Part shown: piece by piece, positions 40,370-50,897 of the stretch | How the letters are laid out: the number at the start of each line of letters is the position of its first letter | Position numbering within the stretch: the stretch's first letter is position 1 | IMG/VR virus record: IMGVR_UViG_3300032268_000832 | Coordinates: 186,001 to 250,000 of that record | Reading direction: 5' to 3' (one strand) | Length of the DNA stretch: 64,000 nt | The notes under the pieces: model-generated | What the model was told of the DNA's origin: nothing | Seen by the model: only the letters and a program-made list of their open reading frames with translations | Databases searched by the model: none | Program-made: the position numbers and the translations under genes

Positions 40370-40822
40370 ATGAAACCCATTGAGATTAAAAAAATACTAG
40401 ACAAATATTTAAATAAACATTATGTAGTTTGTAATAACAAATTTTATCATGTTAACACAACTCAGTTAGAATATGGTCAAGACATCGTTATAGAATGTCA
40501 TGTTGTTTTTGATTTTGATATTTTAGAATGTGAAAAAATATTTAGAAAATGGTCGTTTTCAAATGGGTTGCAAAAAAAAGAGTTTGGTTCAGCGTATAAA
40601 AAACCATTTTGGACTGTTGAAATGTCTGATGACTTGCATGCTTTTCATCATATAGATGCTGAGGCTGAACTAATTAATATGTTATCACAAGAAATTTCAA
40701 ACGAAATTGATAGAGAGATTATTAACGATTTAATAGCTATAAATGGAAACGAAATTGATAGAGAGATTATTACTGATTTAATAACAATAAATGGAAACCA
40801 AAATATTACACCTTACAGGTAA
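40370..40822 (+). CDS. small protein containing a T4 gp23-like major capsid segment
   Basis: WTVEMSDDLHAFHHIDAEAELINMLSQEISNEIDREII. Confidence 0.6.
   Translation: MKPIEIKKILDKYLNKHYVVCNNKFYHVNTTQLEYGQDIVIECHVVFDFDILECEKIFRKWSFSNGLQKKEFGSAYKKPFWTVEMSDDLHAFHHIDAEAELINMLSQEISNEIDREIINDLIAINGNEIDREIITDLITINGNQNITPYR
40699..40798 (+). repeat. 48-nt tandem duplication
   Basis: AAACGAAATTGATAGAGAGATTATTA at 40699 and 40747. Confidence 0.85.
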
Positions 40823-41312
40823 GATTGAGTTTGAACCTGAGGACAAAACAAAAAAACACTTAAATCAAGCGTCATGGAAAAAAATAGCCATGGTTATGGT
40901 AGATGGAGAGATATGCGAATACTACAATTGGTTCATAAAAAGAAGATACAATCTAACACTAAATAAACCGCTTAGAGGGGCTCATATTTCGTTTATTAAC
41001 GACAGCATGAGGGATTTAACCCAGAATGGACAAAAGTCCGTTGAAGAGGCTCTAAATGCGTGGGATATAACAAAACAAAAATGGCATGGTAAAACTATAC
41101 CTATCGTTATTGATTTGGACCCTAGGACTGATGGTAGAACATGGTGGTTTAACGTTCCTCATGAAGAGAGAGAATCATTACAATCCATAAGAACTGAATT
41201 GGGTTTAGGGAAACCATTCTTTGGAATGCACATGAGTATTGGTTATGCTAACGAAAAAAACATAGAACACTCTGAATACTTACATGATTTAATAAAAAAG
41301 GGCTACATTTAG
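40791..41312 (+). CDS. 2H phosphoesterase-like protein
   Basis: AHISF and MHMSI motifs. Confidence 0.65.
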   Translation: METKILHLTGKIEFEPEDKTKKHLNQASWKKIAMVMVDGEICEYYNWFIKRRYNLTLNKPLRGAHISFINDSMRDLTQNGQKSVEEALNAWDITKQKWHGKTIPIVIDLDPRTDGRTWWFNVPHEERESLQSIRTELGLGKPFFGMHMSIGYANEKNIEHSEYLHDLIKKGYI

Positions 41313-41740
41313 CCCTTTTTATTTTTTGCGTTATTGATTAACCATGGTTCCACGTTAGGTATCTTTTCTAGGAATTTCAATTCCACTTCATAAGCTCTAG
41401 ATTCTTCTTCTAGTTCTGTTAACCCATAATTATCATGTAATGCTTTAAGATGAAAAGATTCATGTACGATTACAGCAGCTATATTATTTATTGAAACGCT
41501 ATTCATATCGTTTGTTGTTATGAGTACTGTATCACCATTTTGTGTTGTTGAGAATGTGCTAAGTATATAACTTATTTTTTTACAATGTTTTTTAACCATA
41601 TCATAAGCTTCGGTATCGTTGTTCTGAATGATTAGTAAAGCTTGTTCAACTTTAACTTTCCAACCAGTTCCAACATCGTCAATCTTTATTTGCCCATAAG
41701 ATGTGATAGACAAAAGTAATATAAATAATATTTTTTTCAT
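41309..41740 (-). CDS. secreted HExxH metallopeptidase-like protein
   Basis: signal peptide; VHESFH. Confidence 0.6.
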   Translation of the reverse strand: MKKILFILLLSITSYGQIKIDDVGTGWKVKVEQALLIIQNNDTEAYDMVKKHCKKISYILSTFSTTQNGDTVLITTNDMNSVSINNIAAVIVHESFHLKALHDNYGLTELEEESRAYEVELKFLEKIPNVEPWLINNAKNKKG

Positions 41741-43383
41741 TAGTTGGCGTATCCTGTATTAACAATATAATAATTTGAACTTCCACCAGACACTGGGGAA
41801 TTTATAACAATAGATTGAACACCAGAATAGGTGGTTTTTAAATTACTATTTGATGAGTTTATTATAGAAAATTGGGTCGGTGTGAATATCCTAGTGTTAA
41901 CCAAAGTTGGTTTCCACGAAGTAAATTTACCTATTTTTTTAGCGTAAATATAATAAACGTCTGAAATGTTTATTTTAGAATCATCATTAACATCAAATTT
42001 ATAATAATCCCAAGCATTTATATTTCTACTTAAAACCTTAGAGTTTGCTGAAATAGCGTCAAAAGTTGTTATAGCGTTAGGTGTTGGTGCATCAATTTGA
42101 ATATACCATTCTATTGATGGGTTAGTAGTTTCTGTGATAGTATATTTTCCATTAGAATCTGTGTATATTGTTTTATATAACTCCCATGAACCTGTGCTAA
42201 ATATATAATCAAATTCCAAGACATAATTTAAAGAATTGTTATTATTTAAATCATTCCAACGACCACTACCAACAAACTGAATATAATCTTCACCACCAGA
42301 ATTGTTAGGTTCACCACCATTCCAATTAGAATAAGGATAAACACCAAATCTCCATGCTGTTGACATGTAATTACGATTCATCTCATCAGCTGTAAGAGCG
42401 TTAGAATATACTTGAAAACTACCTAATCTAAAATTACCATAAGCGCCAGAACCCATGTTTGTAAAATCGGTTAACCCAATACCATAATATAAACCATTTC
42501 CGTAATAATATGGTGCTTGTCTAGCTGTATTTATAGTAGCAAAAGCAACACCATCTTTATAACCAGTAAGTGTTGTTCCATCGTAAGTAAAACCAACTAA
42601 ATGCCAAGCGTTTAATGTTATACTAGTAGAAACTTGTACCATTCCACCGTTCCAAAGCCCACATCTAAGTGTGTTACCACCAGTTATTTCTATTTGTGCG
42701 TCGTGCCAACCAGATGATGGGCTACCAGCACCTAATTCAGTTACAACAACACCATTTCCAGTTGGATAAATCCACGCTAATAATGAAACTTTAGTTGATG
42801 TAAATTTTGAGGCTAAATTACCCGTAATACCATATTGGTTAATACCGTTGAATGTTAAGTATTTACCACCACTATTAGTATATGTAGGGTTGTTTGTTAA
42901 TGTAGTGTTAATACTAGATTTAATATCTGTTAGTATATTTCCTGATGTGTAGGACGCTACATCATAATCAGCTTGTTGGTTTGTGGTGACATAATTTTCT
43001 GTCCATCTCCACCCAGCATTTGGTTCCCCATAAAAATTACCTGTTTTGTCTTGATAATATCCTATCCATCCACTAGGCCATGTGTTAAAAACAAAGGTAT
43101 TTTCAGCAGCGTTAGAAATTGTCACTAAATGACCATTCATAGCTACACAGTTAGCTTGGGCTGTAGTCCAATTAGCGGTGGTTGTTGAACGATAATATGA
43201 ATGACCGTTATAATTTGTTTGTGAAGTAAATCCAGCTAAATTTGACGTTGTTCTTTTAAAAAGTTTTATAGGTATATTAGGAATACCTACACTATTTGAG
43301 TTGTAGATATAACCAGAATAATTAAATTGACCAAATAATTGGTTAGTCAATAATAATATGAATACCACTAACTTTTTCATCAT
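41740..43383 (-). CDS. secreted protein with C-type lectin, LamG and dockerin-like domains
   Basis: YNGHSYY..CVAMNGHLVTI, WNGGEPNN..WNDL; WHLVGFTYDG; DVNDDSKINISD. Confidence 0.8.
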   Translation of the reverse strand: MMKKLVVFILLLTNQLFGQFNYSGYIYNSNSVGIPNIPIKLFKRTTSNLAGFTSQTNYNGHSYYRSTTTANWTTAQANCVAMNGHLVTISNAAENTFVFNTWPSGWIGYYQDKTGNFYGEPNAGWRWTENYVTTNQQADYDVASYTSGNILTDIKSSINTTLTNNPTYTNSGGKYLTFNGINQYGITGNLASKFTSTKVSLLAWIYPTGNGVVVTELGAGSPSSGWHDAQIEITGGNTLRCGLWNGGMVQVSTSITLNAWHLVGFTYDGTTLTGYKDGVAFATINTARQAPYYYGNGLYYGIGLTDFTNMGSGAYGNFRLGSFQVYSNALTADEMNRNYMSTAWRFGVYPYSNWNGGEPNNSGGEDYIQFVGSGRWNDLNNNNSLNYVLEFDYIFSTGSWELYKTIYTDSNGKYTITETTNPSIEWYIQIDAPTPNAITTFDAISANSKVLSRNINAWDYYKFDVNDDSKINISDVYYIYAKKIGKFTSWKPTLVNTRIFTPTQFSIINSSNSNLKTTYSGVQSIVINSPVSGGSSNYYIVNTGYAN

Positions 43384-43829
43384 ATTTTAGAAATAGCGTC
43401 TTGTAAGGCTTTTTTTAACGCACCAGAAAAAGCTGATTTTTCGAAAGGTAGGGTTTCATCTTGTAATTCAATAAATGTTGAACTAACATCAGTATTTGTA
43501 TCACCTTCACCTTCATATTCATCACCATCTATTTTTACTATTAATTTAACTGTTGTTTTTTTTCTTTTTTTCTCAAAAGGACCTAAAGACACACTATTGG
43601 TTGGTGCTTCAATACTTTCAATTAAAACACTAACAGGTTTCCCATCTTGACAAATAGAATAACTATTAGAAAGAATTTCTTCGGTAATTTGTTTTACACC
43701 TAGCAAAAATCTATTAGGGTTCACTCCTTCAATTTCACCTTCGTTTTTAACATCTTTAACTGAATAACATTCTTGAGAATATCCTCTTAAAGAAATAAAT
43801 ATTGTTAATATAATTAAAATTTTTTTCAT
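43380..43829 (-). CDS. secreted hypothetical protein
   Basis: signal peptide. Confidence 0.65.
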   Translation of the reverse strand: MKKILIILTIFISLRGYSQECYSVKDVKNEGEIEGVNPNRFLLGVKQITEEILSNSYSICQDGKPVSVLIESIEAPTNSVSLGPFEKKRKKTTVKLIVKIDGDEYEGEGDTNTDVSSTFIELQDETLPFEKSAFSGALKKALQDAISKI

Positions 43830-43834
43830 ATGTA

Positions 43835-45232
43835 TTATAATATTGCTTTTGCTCCTGTTAAAATTTGGTAAGATAACGGTTTATCATTTATTTGTTGAAC
43901 ACCGCTTATACTTATATTTAACTTGAATTTTTTTGTTATTTTATAATCAGCTGATACAAAAGGTATTGCTAACAATCCTGAATTATACCACATACCTTGA
44001 TAATAGTAAACATATGGTGAATAAACAGCAACAAACATAGTTGTTAATTTTATTTTTTTATTTAATTTAAAATCACTATAAACACCACCTAACATTGAAA
44101 TACTTTTAAATCTAGATTCACCTAAATTCCCAGTTGTTAAATTAACACCAATTGTTGATGTTACTTTACGATACTTATATGATTCCATAAAAGAAATAGT
44201 GTTGAAAAAGTCTTTATCAAAATTCAACATAGTTGAATTAGCCAGTATACTGGTAAATTTCTTATGTCTATATGAAACAAACAAAGTTATGTTTGAATTA
44301 TTAATATAACTCGTAAAATTAACTAACACACCTTTAGCGAATGTGTTTTTAGTGTTTGATGAAACAATACTAGCGTTTAATTTAAACTGACTAGGGTCGG
44401 CCCCATCTGCACTACCTATAACAACGACATCACCATTCATCATTAGATTACCTTTTTTCGCTCCAGCTACTTTACTTTTTGTCGTAGATGAAGATTGAGA
44501 AGAAGATACTAACGCGTTATTAGCTTGTTCTTTATTTTTTTCTGAAGTTTCTGATTTTTCAGTATTGTCTAACCTTACAGAATTAACACCTCCTGTAATA
44601 TTACTTATGGGTGTTTGACTTTCTTGTGTTCCTGTTGTAGTTGTGCTAGTCTGAGTTGGATTAGTAGTTCCTTCATTTCCACTATTTGTTCCAGTTCCAT
44701 TATTAGAGGTATTATTTCCGTTGGTAACTGGTGTTTTTTTATCTCCGTTACTATTTCCTGTATTTCCGATAGAATTGGTCCCATTTTTATTATCTTTTTT
44801 TTCTTCATTGTTATTTGCTGAAACCTTCTCGTCAGCTTCAACAATCCCTGAAATTGTTGAACCACCACTTATGGCTTCCATGTCACTTAAAATAGACAAA
44901 ACACTGGTCACCACAGCTATATTGTTTTGCGCAATTAAAACATTCATAGTGGTATCTAAGGTTAAACCAACACCACTACATGGACCTGCTGGGTTTTGAG
45001 AATTTACAGTATTAATCCAATCTTGAAAAACACCCGATTGTAATTCAGCATCAGTAAATGAACGTACTTGGCCGTTATAAGTTACTGGTACCGAACCAGA
45101 AGATGTATCAATATAGATTTGTTTAGTTTTAGAGGTGCAAGGGTCGGTATAAGAATACATAAACCCTTGCGCCACAGCTAAAACCGATGTGAATAATAAT
45201 AAAATTGTATATATAAATTTATTAACATTCAT
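43835..45232 (-). CDS. secreted protein with Asn/Thr-rich linker and C-terminal beta-barrel-like region
   Basis: signal peptide, low-complexity linker, alternating beta pattern. Confidence 0.65.
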   Translation of the reverse strand: MNVNKFIYTILLLFTSVLAVAQGFMYSYTDPCTSKTKQIYIDTSSGSVPVTYNGQVRSFTDAELQSGVFQDWINTVNSQNPAGPCSGVGLTLDTTMNVLIAQNNIAVVTSVLSILSDMEAISGGSTISGIVEADEKVSANNNEEKKDNKNGTNSIGNTGNSNGDKKTPVTNGNNTSNNGTGTNSGNEGTTNPTQTSTTTTGTQESQTPISNITGGVNSVRLDNTEKSETSEKNKEQANNALVSSSQSSSTTKSKVAGAKKGNLMMNGDVVVIGSADGADPSQFKLNASIVSSNTKNTFAKGVLVNFTSYINNSNITLFVSYRHKKFTSILANSTMLNFDKDFFNTISFMESYKYRKVTSTIGVNLTTGNLGESRFKSISMLGGVYSDFKLNKKIKLTTMFVAVYSPYVYYYQGMWYNSGLLAIPFVSADYKITKKFKLNISISGVQQINDKPLSYQILTGAKAIL

Positions 45233-45237
45233 TTTAA

Positions 45238-45588
45238 TTAATTTTCAGTTGTACTTGACATAGAAATTCCGTCTTCTTCATCAACTTTTTGGATAAGCAT
45301 TTTATCTCTATCTTCTGAGTTAAACCAATAGTCAACAACTTTGTTTAAGTTACCAACAAAAGCACCTAATAAGATAAGTAACATTTCTTTCCAATCTTCA
45401 TTAATAGTAGCGCCAAAAAAAACACCAGCGTTAATCCCTAATATAATCATTGTAAATAAACCTAACACAATTGCTGTAATTTTCCAACGATTATTTTGCA
45501 TTTCAACAAGCATATAATAGAATCTATTTTTTTCATCTATTTTTTTTGGTATTTCTTTACCTGTTATCATTTGTTTTAATTTGTTCAT
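45238..45588 (-). CDS. two-TM membrane protein
   Basis: hydrophobic helices. Confidence 0.6.
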   Translation of the reverse strand: MNKLKQMITGKEIPKKIDEKNRFYYMLVEMQNNRWKITAIVLGLFTMIILGINAGVFFGATINEDWKEMLLILLGAFVGNLNKVVDYWFNSEDRDKMLIQKVDEEDGISMSSTTEN

Positions 45589-45591
45589 TTT

Positions 45592-46296
45592 TTAATTTTT
45601 AAATATTCCATTTTTTATTAATTTTGAAATTACCCTAGAAGCAGCTGTTTCTAAGGCTTTTTTTGTTGATATACCGATTGTTGATTGATTAAATTTAATT
45701 TCATCCACACCATCTAATAACGAAGATGTTTTTACAGTTGAAGCTTCACCTAATCCACTACCAGTATAAATTTCACCAGTTTCAGCATCTACAAATCTAA
45801 CTTGTAATCCTAATCTAGTTGTTTGTGTTGTTTTAGAACCATCTGTTAGTTTAACCTCTTCATCTTCTGATACACTGAAGTCATATACTTCAATATAAAC
45901 AAAGAATTTTGCTAAAATGACATTACCCTTCACTTCTATTTTATTTGATGAAATACCCTTATCTGAAGCTTTATCTTGAGCTATCATTTTTTGTTTTATT
46001 TCATTTTTATCTTCAGTAAATTTGAATCTGTCTGTTGTTTCTAAGAACTCTAAAACAATATTTGCAACCCCAAGTCCAACACGTTTGTCTTTTAACTCTG
46101 GGTACATTTCATATAATTCCTCGTTGATACCTATTTTAAGTACTTGAACTGGAATAGCCTCACCTTCATAGCCACTAACTACATCAAGTGATTGTTTCTT
46201 TTCAAAATCAGCCTTATAATCCTCGGTCTTTACAGTGCCAATTTGACCGTAAAGACCGAAAGATGATAATAATAAGGTTAAAAGCAATTTTTTCAT
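45592..46296 (-). CDS. CsgG-like protein
   Basis: LETTDRF, VYDFS, LQVRFVDAETGEI. Confidence 0.7.
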   Translation of the reverse strand: MKKLLLTLLLSSFGLYGQIGTVKTEDYKADFEKKQSLDVVSGYEGEAIPVQVLKIGINEELYEMYPELKDKRVGLGVANIVLEFLETTDRFKFTEDKNEIKQKMIAQDKASDKGISSNKIEVKGNVILAKFFVYIEVYDFSVSEDEEVKLTDGSKTTQTTRLGLQVRFVDAETGEIYTGSGLGEASTVKTSSLLDGVDEIKFNQSTIGISTKKALETAASRVISKLIKNGIFKN

Positions 46297-46297
46297 A

Positions 46298-46612
46298 TTA
46301 CCAAGGGTCCTCTTCTGTTTTTTTAGGAGCGGGTGCTGGAGCTGCTACTGGCGCAGCAACTGAAGTTTTTTGGTTATTAGTATTATTACTTTGTTGTTTT
46401 TGTTGGTTGGTATTGTTATTAGATAAATTGATAACAACAGGAGCAGCTGCTGGAGCTGCTTGTTCTGTTTTTGTTTCTTCTTTATCTTCACCTTCACCAC
46501 CAAATAAATGAGTAGACACCCAAATACCTGCACCACCAATTACAGTGGTTAATGTTCCTAGGATAGTTTTTTTAAGACCTGACCATCCTTCTTCTGTTTT
46601 GTTTTCTTCCAT
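46298..46612 (-). CDS. single-TM protein with Ala/Pro-rich tail
   Basis: ORF track. Confidence 0.6.
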   Translation of the reverse strand: MEENKTEEGWSGLKKTILGTLTTVIGGAGIWVSTHLFGGEGEDKEETKTEQAAPAAAPVVINLSNNNTNQQKQQSNNTNNQKTSVAAPVAAPAPAPKKTEEDPW

Positions 46613-46618
46613 TTTTTT

Positions 46619-48511
46619 TTAATATTTAGCAATTTTATCAGTTTCAATTTTACTTATAGTATTTAATTTAGCAATATATAACCCACTAGCTAAAGAAGAT
46701 AAGTTAGTAGAATAAACATATTGACCCTTAGCCATATATTTGTTTATTATAGTAAATACTTTTCTTCCCGCTACATCGAACAAACATAGTTCAGTTTCAC
46801 CGCTTTTATCTACTTTAAAATTTACAAATACATCACCATTTGTTGGGTTAGGATAAACAATCATATCACCAGTGATAAATGTTTGATTACCAATTTTATT
46901 GATTTCAACAACACCATTGGTAGGTACAATATTCATATCTGAAGAAGTTTCGTTTCCTACAAATTTTCTAGATGTGTATAATGGACTAGAGTTCCATTCG
47001 CTTTGTGGTGATTTAGCTGTAAAATATAATGTGAAAAGAGTTTCCCCGTCTTCAACAAAGTTATTATTACTAGCATCATAACCACCCCACTCAATAACAT
47101 CATCATGAGGGTTAACAAAACTTAACCATGACATTGCTTTTTGTGAGTTTCTTACTTCATTAAATTCTAATAAATTAGAATCATAATATAAAGCTAATTG
47201 TAGAGAACCTAATTTATTATTACCAGTAAGTGTTTTAACAGGTATTTCAACCATATTACCTTCACTCACAGTTAAACTAGGTAAATTAATTTCAACTGTT
47301 GGTAAAGGTCTATCATACTCAACTTTTTCATCAATAACATAACTAGAAGCATTAGCTGGGTTATTAATTTCAATAGGTGTTAAACGAGCCATATGATAAC
47401 CAGTTCTATTTGCGTCACCAGTAACCATAACATAATATGTTATACTAGTTTCACCAAAAGGTATTTCATATGTAAAGTCAGTAACACCAGCAATACTTGA
47501 AGTCATGTTTGTGTTAGGTGAACCCATAACAGTAGTGTATTCACTAGATGTAAAGAATTTAATATTGTTTACACCATTTGGCCATACGCTAAATCTACCA
47601 GAGATTTTACCAAAAACACCATAAGCATCAGATATTGTAATGTTATTGTTACCATTTACGTCAGCAGCGTAAAAATCAAAATCACTTGGTTGTCCAGTAC
47701 CTAACACCCATTGATTAATTTGCTGTGCATCCGCAACTGAAATAACGTTACCAACATCCATAGTACCACCGTTTACAACTAATCTTATATCATAAAACGT
47801 AGCGTCAATTTGCTCATTAATAGCATAAGAACCGTTTAAATCAGTAAGATAATTGTTAACTAAAGTCCATGGACCGCCAGTTTTAAGTTTTTTCTCTAAT
47901 GAGAATGGTAAATTTTTAGCTGGAGTATCGTTTACGTTCACAAAATTTGCTGTGTAAGTAAAAGTTTGTCTTAAGAAGTTACCACCATAATTGTGAAGTG
48001 ATAACACTAAGTCATTACCAGCTTGGTCAGCACCCATTTGAGGAAAAGTTTGAACACCAGTCCATGTTAAGTTTCCAATAGACGGCAAAGAATCAAAAGT
48101 TCCAGCAGCAACATGGGTAAAAGCAATATTAAACAAATTACCGATTGGTAATGTGTATGTACTATCACTACCTGTGTATACTACAGTTATAGTTACGTAA
48201 CCATTAGCATTGTTATCAACAAATTGTAAATCTAAATTGGTTGTAGAACCAATTAAAGATACAGCTGCTGATGAAAATGCTGTTTTATCATAAAACACTC
48301 TAAATTGAAGACCTGTAACTAACGAAGTAGTTGTATTAGCATAGGTTAATTTAGTGTTAGTAACACCTTGTACACTAGTACCAACGGTATAGTTCGTGTC
48401 AATTAAAACCCAAACACCGTTAGACGGTGCAACAGGTTCTTGTGCGAAAGTTGGTGTTATGAAACTAAATAATAGTAACGCAACACTAACTAATTTTTTA
48501 ATGTTTTTCAT
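46619..48511 (-). CDS. secreted cohesin/dockerin-like protein with type IX secretion C-terminal sorting domain
   Basis: signal peptide; DVNGNNNITISD; VYPNPT..FDVAGR..LASGLYIAKL. Confidence 0.8.
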   Translation of the reverse strand: MKNIKKLVSVALLLFSFITPTFAQEPVAPSNGVWVLIDTNYTVGTSVQGVTNTKLTYANTTTSLVTGLQFRVFYDKTAFSSAAVSLIGSTTNLDLQFVDNNANGYVTITVVYTGSDSTYTLPIGNLFNIAFTHVAAGTFDSLPSIGNLTWTGVQTFPQMGADQAGNDLVLSLHNYGGNFLRQTFTYTANFVNVNDTPAKNLPFSLEKKLKTGGPWTLVNNYLTDLNGSYAINEQIDATFYDIRLVVNGGTMDVGNVISVADAQQINQWVLGTGQPSDFDFYAADVNGNNNITISDAYGVFGKISGRFSVWPNGVNNIKFFTSSEYTTVMGSPNTNMTSSIAGVTDFTYEIPFGETSITYYVMVTGDANRTGYHMARLTPIEINNPANASSYVIDEKVEYDRPLPTVEINLPSLTVSEGNMVEIPVKTLTGNNKLGSLQLALYYDSNLLEFNEVRNSQKAMSWLSFVNPHDDVIEWGGYDASNNNFVEDGETLFTLYFTAKSPQSEWNSSPLYTSRKFVGNETSSDMNIVPTNGVVEINKIGNQTFITGDMIVYPNPTNGDVFVNFKVDKSGETELCLFDVAGRKVFTIINKYMAKGQYVYSTNLSSLASGLYIAKLNTISKIETDKIAKY

Positions 48512-48520
48512 TTTTCCGTT

Positions 48521-48769
48521 TTAAGCTTCGTTTGAGTTGTCTTTGTTAGATTTACCAAAAACTTTGTCAACCGATGCTAAACCTAGACATCCGAATGATA
48601 ACATTGCGACAGCATTAACTAATGTGTCAGAAGGTTTGATATCACCATGTGAATAACTATTTACGAACATTGTTGCACATAAAGTTAATCCAGCGATGAT
48701 TCCAACAAACCTTTTTGATGAGAAATTTCCTGTCTCATCTTGGAAAATTTGTGTAAAGAATTTTTTCAT
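48521..48769 (-). CDS. small two-TM protein (holin-like)
   Basis: SSKRFVG and two hydrophobic helices. Confidence 0.5.
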   Translation of the reverse strand: MKKFFTQIFQDETGNFSSKRFVGIIAGLTLCATMFVNSYSHGDIKPSDTLVNAVAMLSFGCLGLASVDKVFGKSNKDNSNEA

Positions 48770-48905
48770 TTTTTTTAATTTTATTCTTTTGTTATTTTTT
48801 TGATGAAACATTTGCTTTCGCTTAAATATAAATATTGAAAAAAAGTTTAAAAAAAATCTTTATTTAAAAAAAAAGTAGTATCTTTGCATAAAATTATTTA
48901 ATGCG

Positions 48906-49167
48906 ATGAAATTGATTTTTAAATATAATTGGTGTGTACCCTACGAAGCTAGTGGTACTGAAATTTTTATAATAGAATGTGATAGTAAAATTAAATTACA
49001 AGTTTACGTTTTAGATAAAATAAAAGAAGTTAGGCAAAAAAAAAAATAACTACCTAACATTATTTAATTTTGAATTTTATAATTTAGATGAATTAGAGTA
49101 CCAAATAGAATATAACGTATACACCTTAGATGAATGGTGTGAAAAAGAAATAATAAAAATAGAATAA
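48906..49167 (+). pseudogene. ORF split by an A11 homopolymer (49036-49046)
   Basis: removing one A joins MKLIFKYNW..VRQKK to NNYLTLF..KIE*. Confidence 0.55.
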
Positions 49168-49168
49168 A

Positions 49169-50392
49169 ATGAGCAAACAACTAACACACGAGTTTCTAGT
49201 AGAAAATGGGTTAATACTTTTTGAAACCATAATTGGTTCTCAAGCATATGGTACCCAAACACCTACTAGTGATGTAGACAAAAAATTCGTATACATATTA
49301 CCTATGGATTATATCTTGGGTACTGGATATGTTGAACAAATAAATGTAAATAAAGACTACACAGGTTGGGAACTTAGACGTTTCCTAGAATTAATGGAAA
49401 CAAACAACCCAACGGTTCTAGAACTTTTAAACAGCCCAGGAGACTGTATAATCAGCAAACACCCTTTGTTTGACCTAATCCTTGCACATAAGGAGGATTT
49501 CATAACAAAACTATGTAAAAATAGCTTTGGTGGATACGCTAGACAACAAATTGTTAAAGCTAAAGGTCTTAACAAGAAACAAAACTGGGAAAAAGACAAA
49601 GTAACTAGAAAAGACTTGTTAGATTTCTGTTATGTTATTCAAGGTGATAAATCAATCCCATGGAGAGCGTGGAATGCTAACAAATATGATGAAAAATTTG
49701 TTGGTGCTGTGAATATCCCAAATGCGAGAGATACCTACGCTTTATTTTATGACAGCGTTGCTGAAATGCTTCATTCTGAAAATACTGATGAAGAACTTAG
49801 AGAGACTTATAAAGAAGCACTGAGAAAAGCTGGTAAATCAATGGGTATGGGTTATAAAGGACTTATCAATACTGGTCATGAAGATGAAGATGGTAAGATT
49901 AACTACGGTATCTCAAATCAATTACGTCTTTCTAGCGTACCTAAAGGTGAGAAAGTTATTGCAACAATAGTGTATAACAAAGATGGTTATTCAGAACATT
50001 GTAAAGACTATAAAGAGTATCAAGAATGGCTTGAAAACCGTAACGAAGCTCGTTATGTTGAAACACAAGAACATGGGCAAAGAATTGATGGTAAGAATAT
50101 GATGCACTGTATGCGTCTTATCAGAATGGCAACAGAAATTGGTCAAGGTAAAGGGATTCAAGTAAGAAGAGAAGATAGAGAATATCTATTATCAATTCGT
50201 AGAGGTGAACTAGACTTAGATAAATTAATCGAAGAAGCGGATAATGCAATTAAAAATATGGATGAAGTTTTTGATAATTCCACTCTACCTGACAGAGTCC
50301 CTAAGGGTTTGGTAAATGCTCTTTTAGTTACTATCAGAAGAGAATTTTATGATTTGCCAATATCGGCAACAACACTTGAAAAAAGACTTTAA
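49169..50392 (+). CDS. Pol beta-like nucleotidyltransferase (YcgL/RlaP-like)
   Basis: GSQAYGTQTPTSDVD, NPTVLE, KNMMHCMRL. Confidence 0.8.
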   Translation: MSKQLTHEFLVENGLILFETIIGSQAYGTQTPTSDVDKKFVYILPMDYILGTGYVEQINVNKDYTGWELRRFLELMETNNPTVLELLNSPGDCIISKHPLFDLILAHKEDFITKLCKNSFGGYARQQIVKAKGLNKKQNWEKDKVTRKDLLDFCYVIQGDKSIPWRAWNANKYDEKFVGAVNIPNARDTYALFYDSVAEMLHSENTDEELRETYKEALRKAGKSMGMGYKGLINTGHEDEDGKINYGISNQLRLSSVPKGEKVIATIVYNKDGYSEHCKDYKEYQEWLENRNEARYVETQEHGQRIDGKNMMHCMRLIRMATEIGQGKGIQVRREDREYLLSIRRGELDLDKLIEEADNAIKNMDEVFDNSTLPDRVPKGLVNALLVTIRREFYDLPISATTLEKRL

Positions 50393-50393
50393 G

Positions 50394-50897
50394 ATGGATA
50401 TATTTGACGCACCTAAAAATTGTATAAGAACCAACAGTGGTTTATATATAAATGTTTTTGAACCAAAATCTGAAATGATTAATATTGAAGACATCGCACA
50501 TGCGTTAGCTTCTTTGCCCAGATTTGGCGGTCATTTAAACAAACACTATTCAGTGGCGCAACATTGTATAAGATGTTGCGAAATGGCTGAAGGGTTTGAA
50601 GACAAAAAAGCAGCTTTGCTCCATGATGCTAGCGAAGCGTATATGTTAGATATACCAACACCAATAAAATCAATGTTACCAGATTATAAAAAATATGAGG
50701 GTAATTTAATGATGTTTATTGCAAATCATTTTGATTTTGAATACCCATTAAACGAAAAAGTTCACACTATAGATAGAGATATGTTAGTATATGAATGGGA
50801 AAATTTAGTGGTAAATGAATCTGAGGAATTTGAATGTTGGGACCATGCAACAGCTAAGTCTAGATTTATAGATGAATTTAATAATTTATTTAAATAA
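50394..50897 (+). CDS. HD-domain deoxynucleotidase-like protein (YfbR/YfdR-like)
   Basis: DIAHAL, RFGGH, YSVAQH, LLHDASEAY, DIPTPIK. Confidence 0.85.
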   Translation: MDIFDAPKNCIRTNSGLYINVFEPKSEMINIEDIAHALASLPRFGGHLNKHYSVAQHCIRCCEMAEGFEDKKAALLHDASEAYMLDIPTPIKSMLPDYKKYEGNLMMFIANHFDFEYPLNEKVHTIDRDMLVYEWENLVVNESEEFECWDHATAKSRFIDEFNNLFK

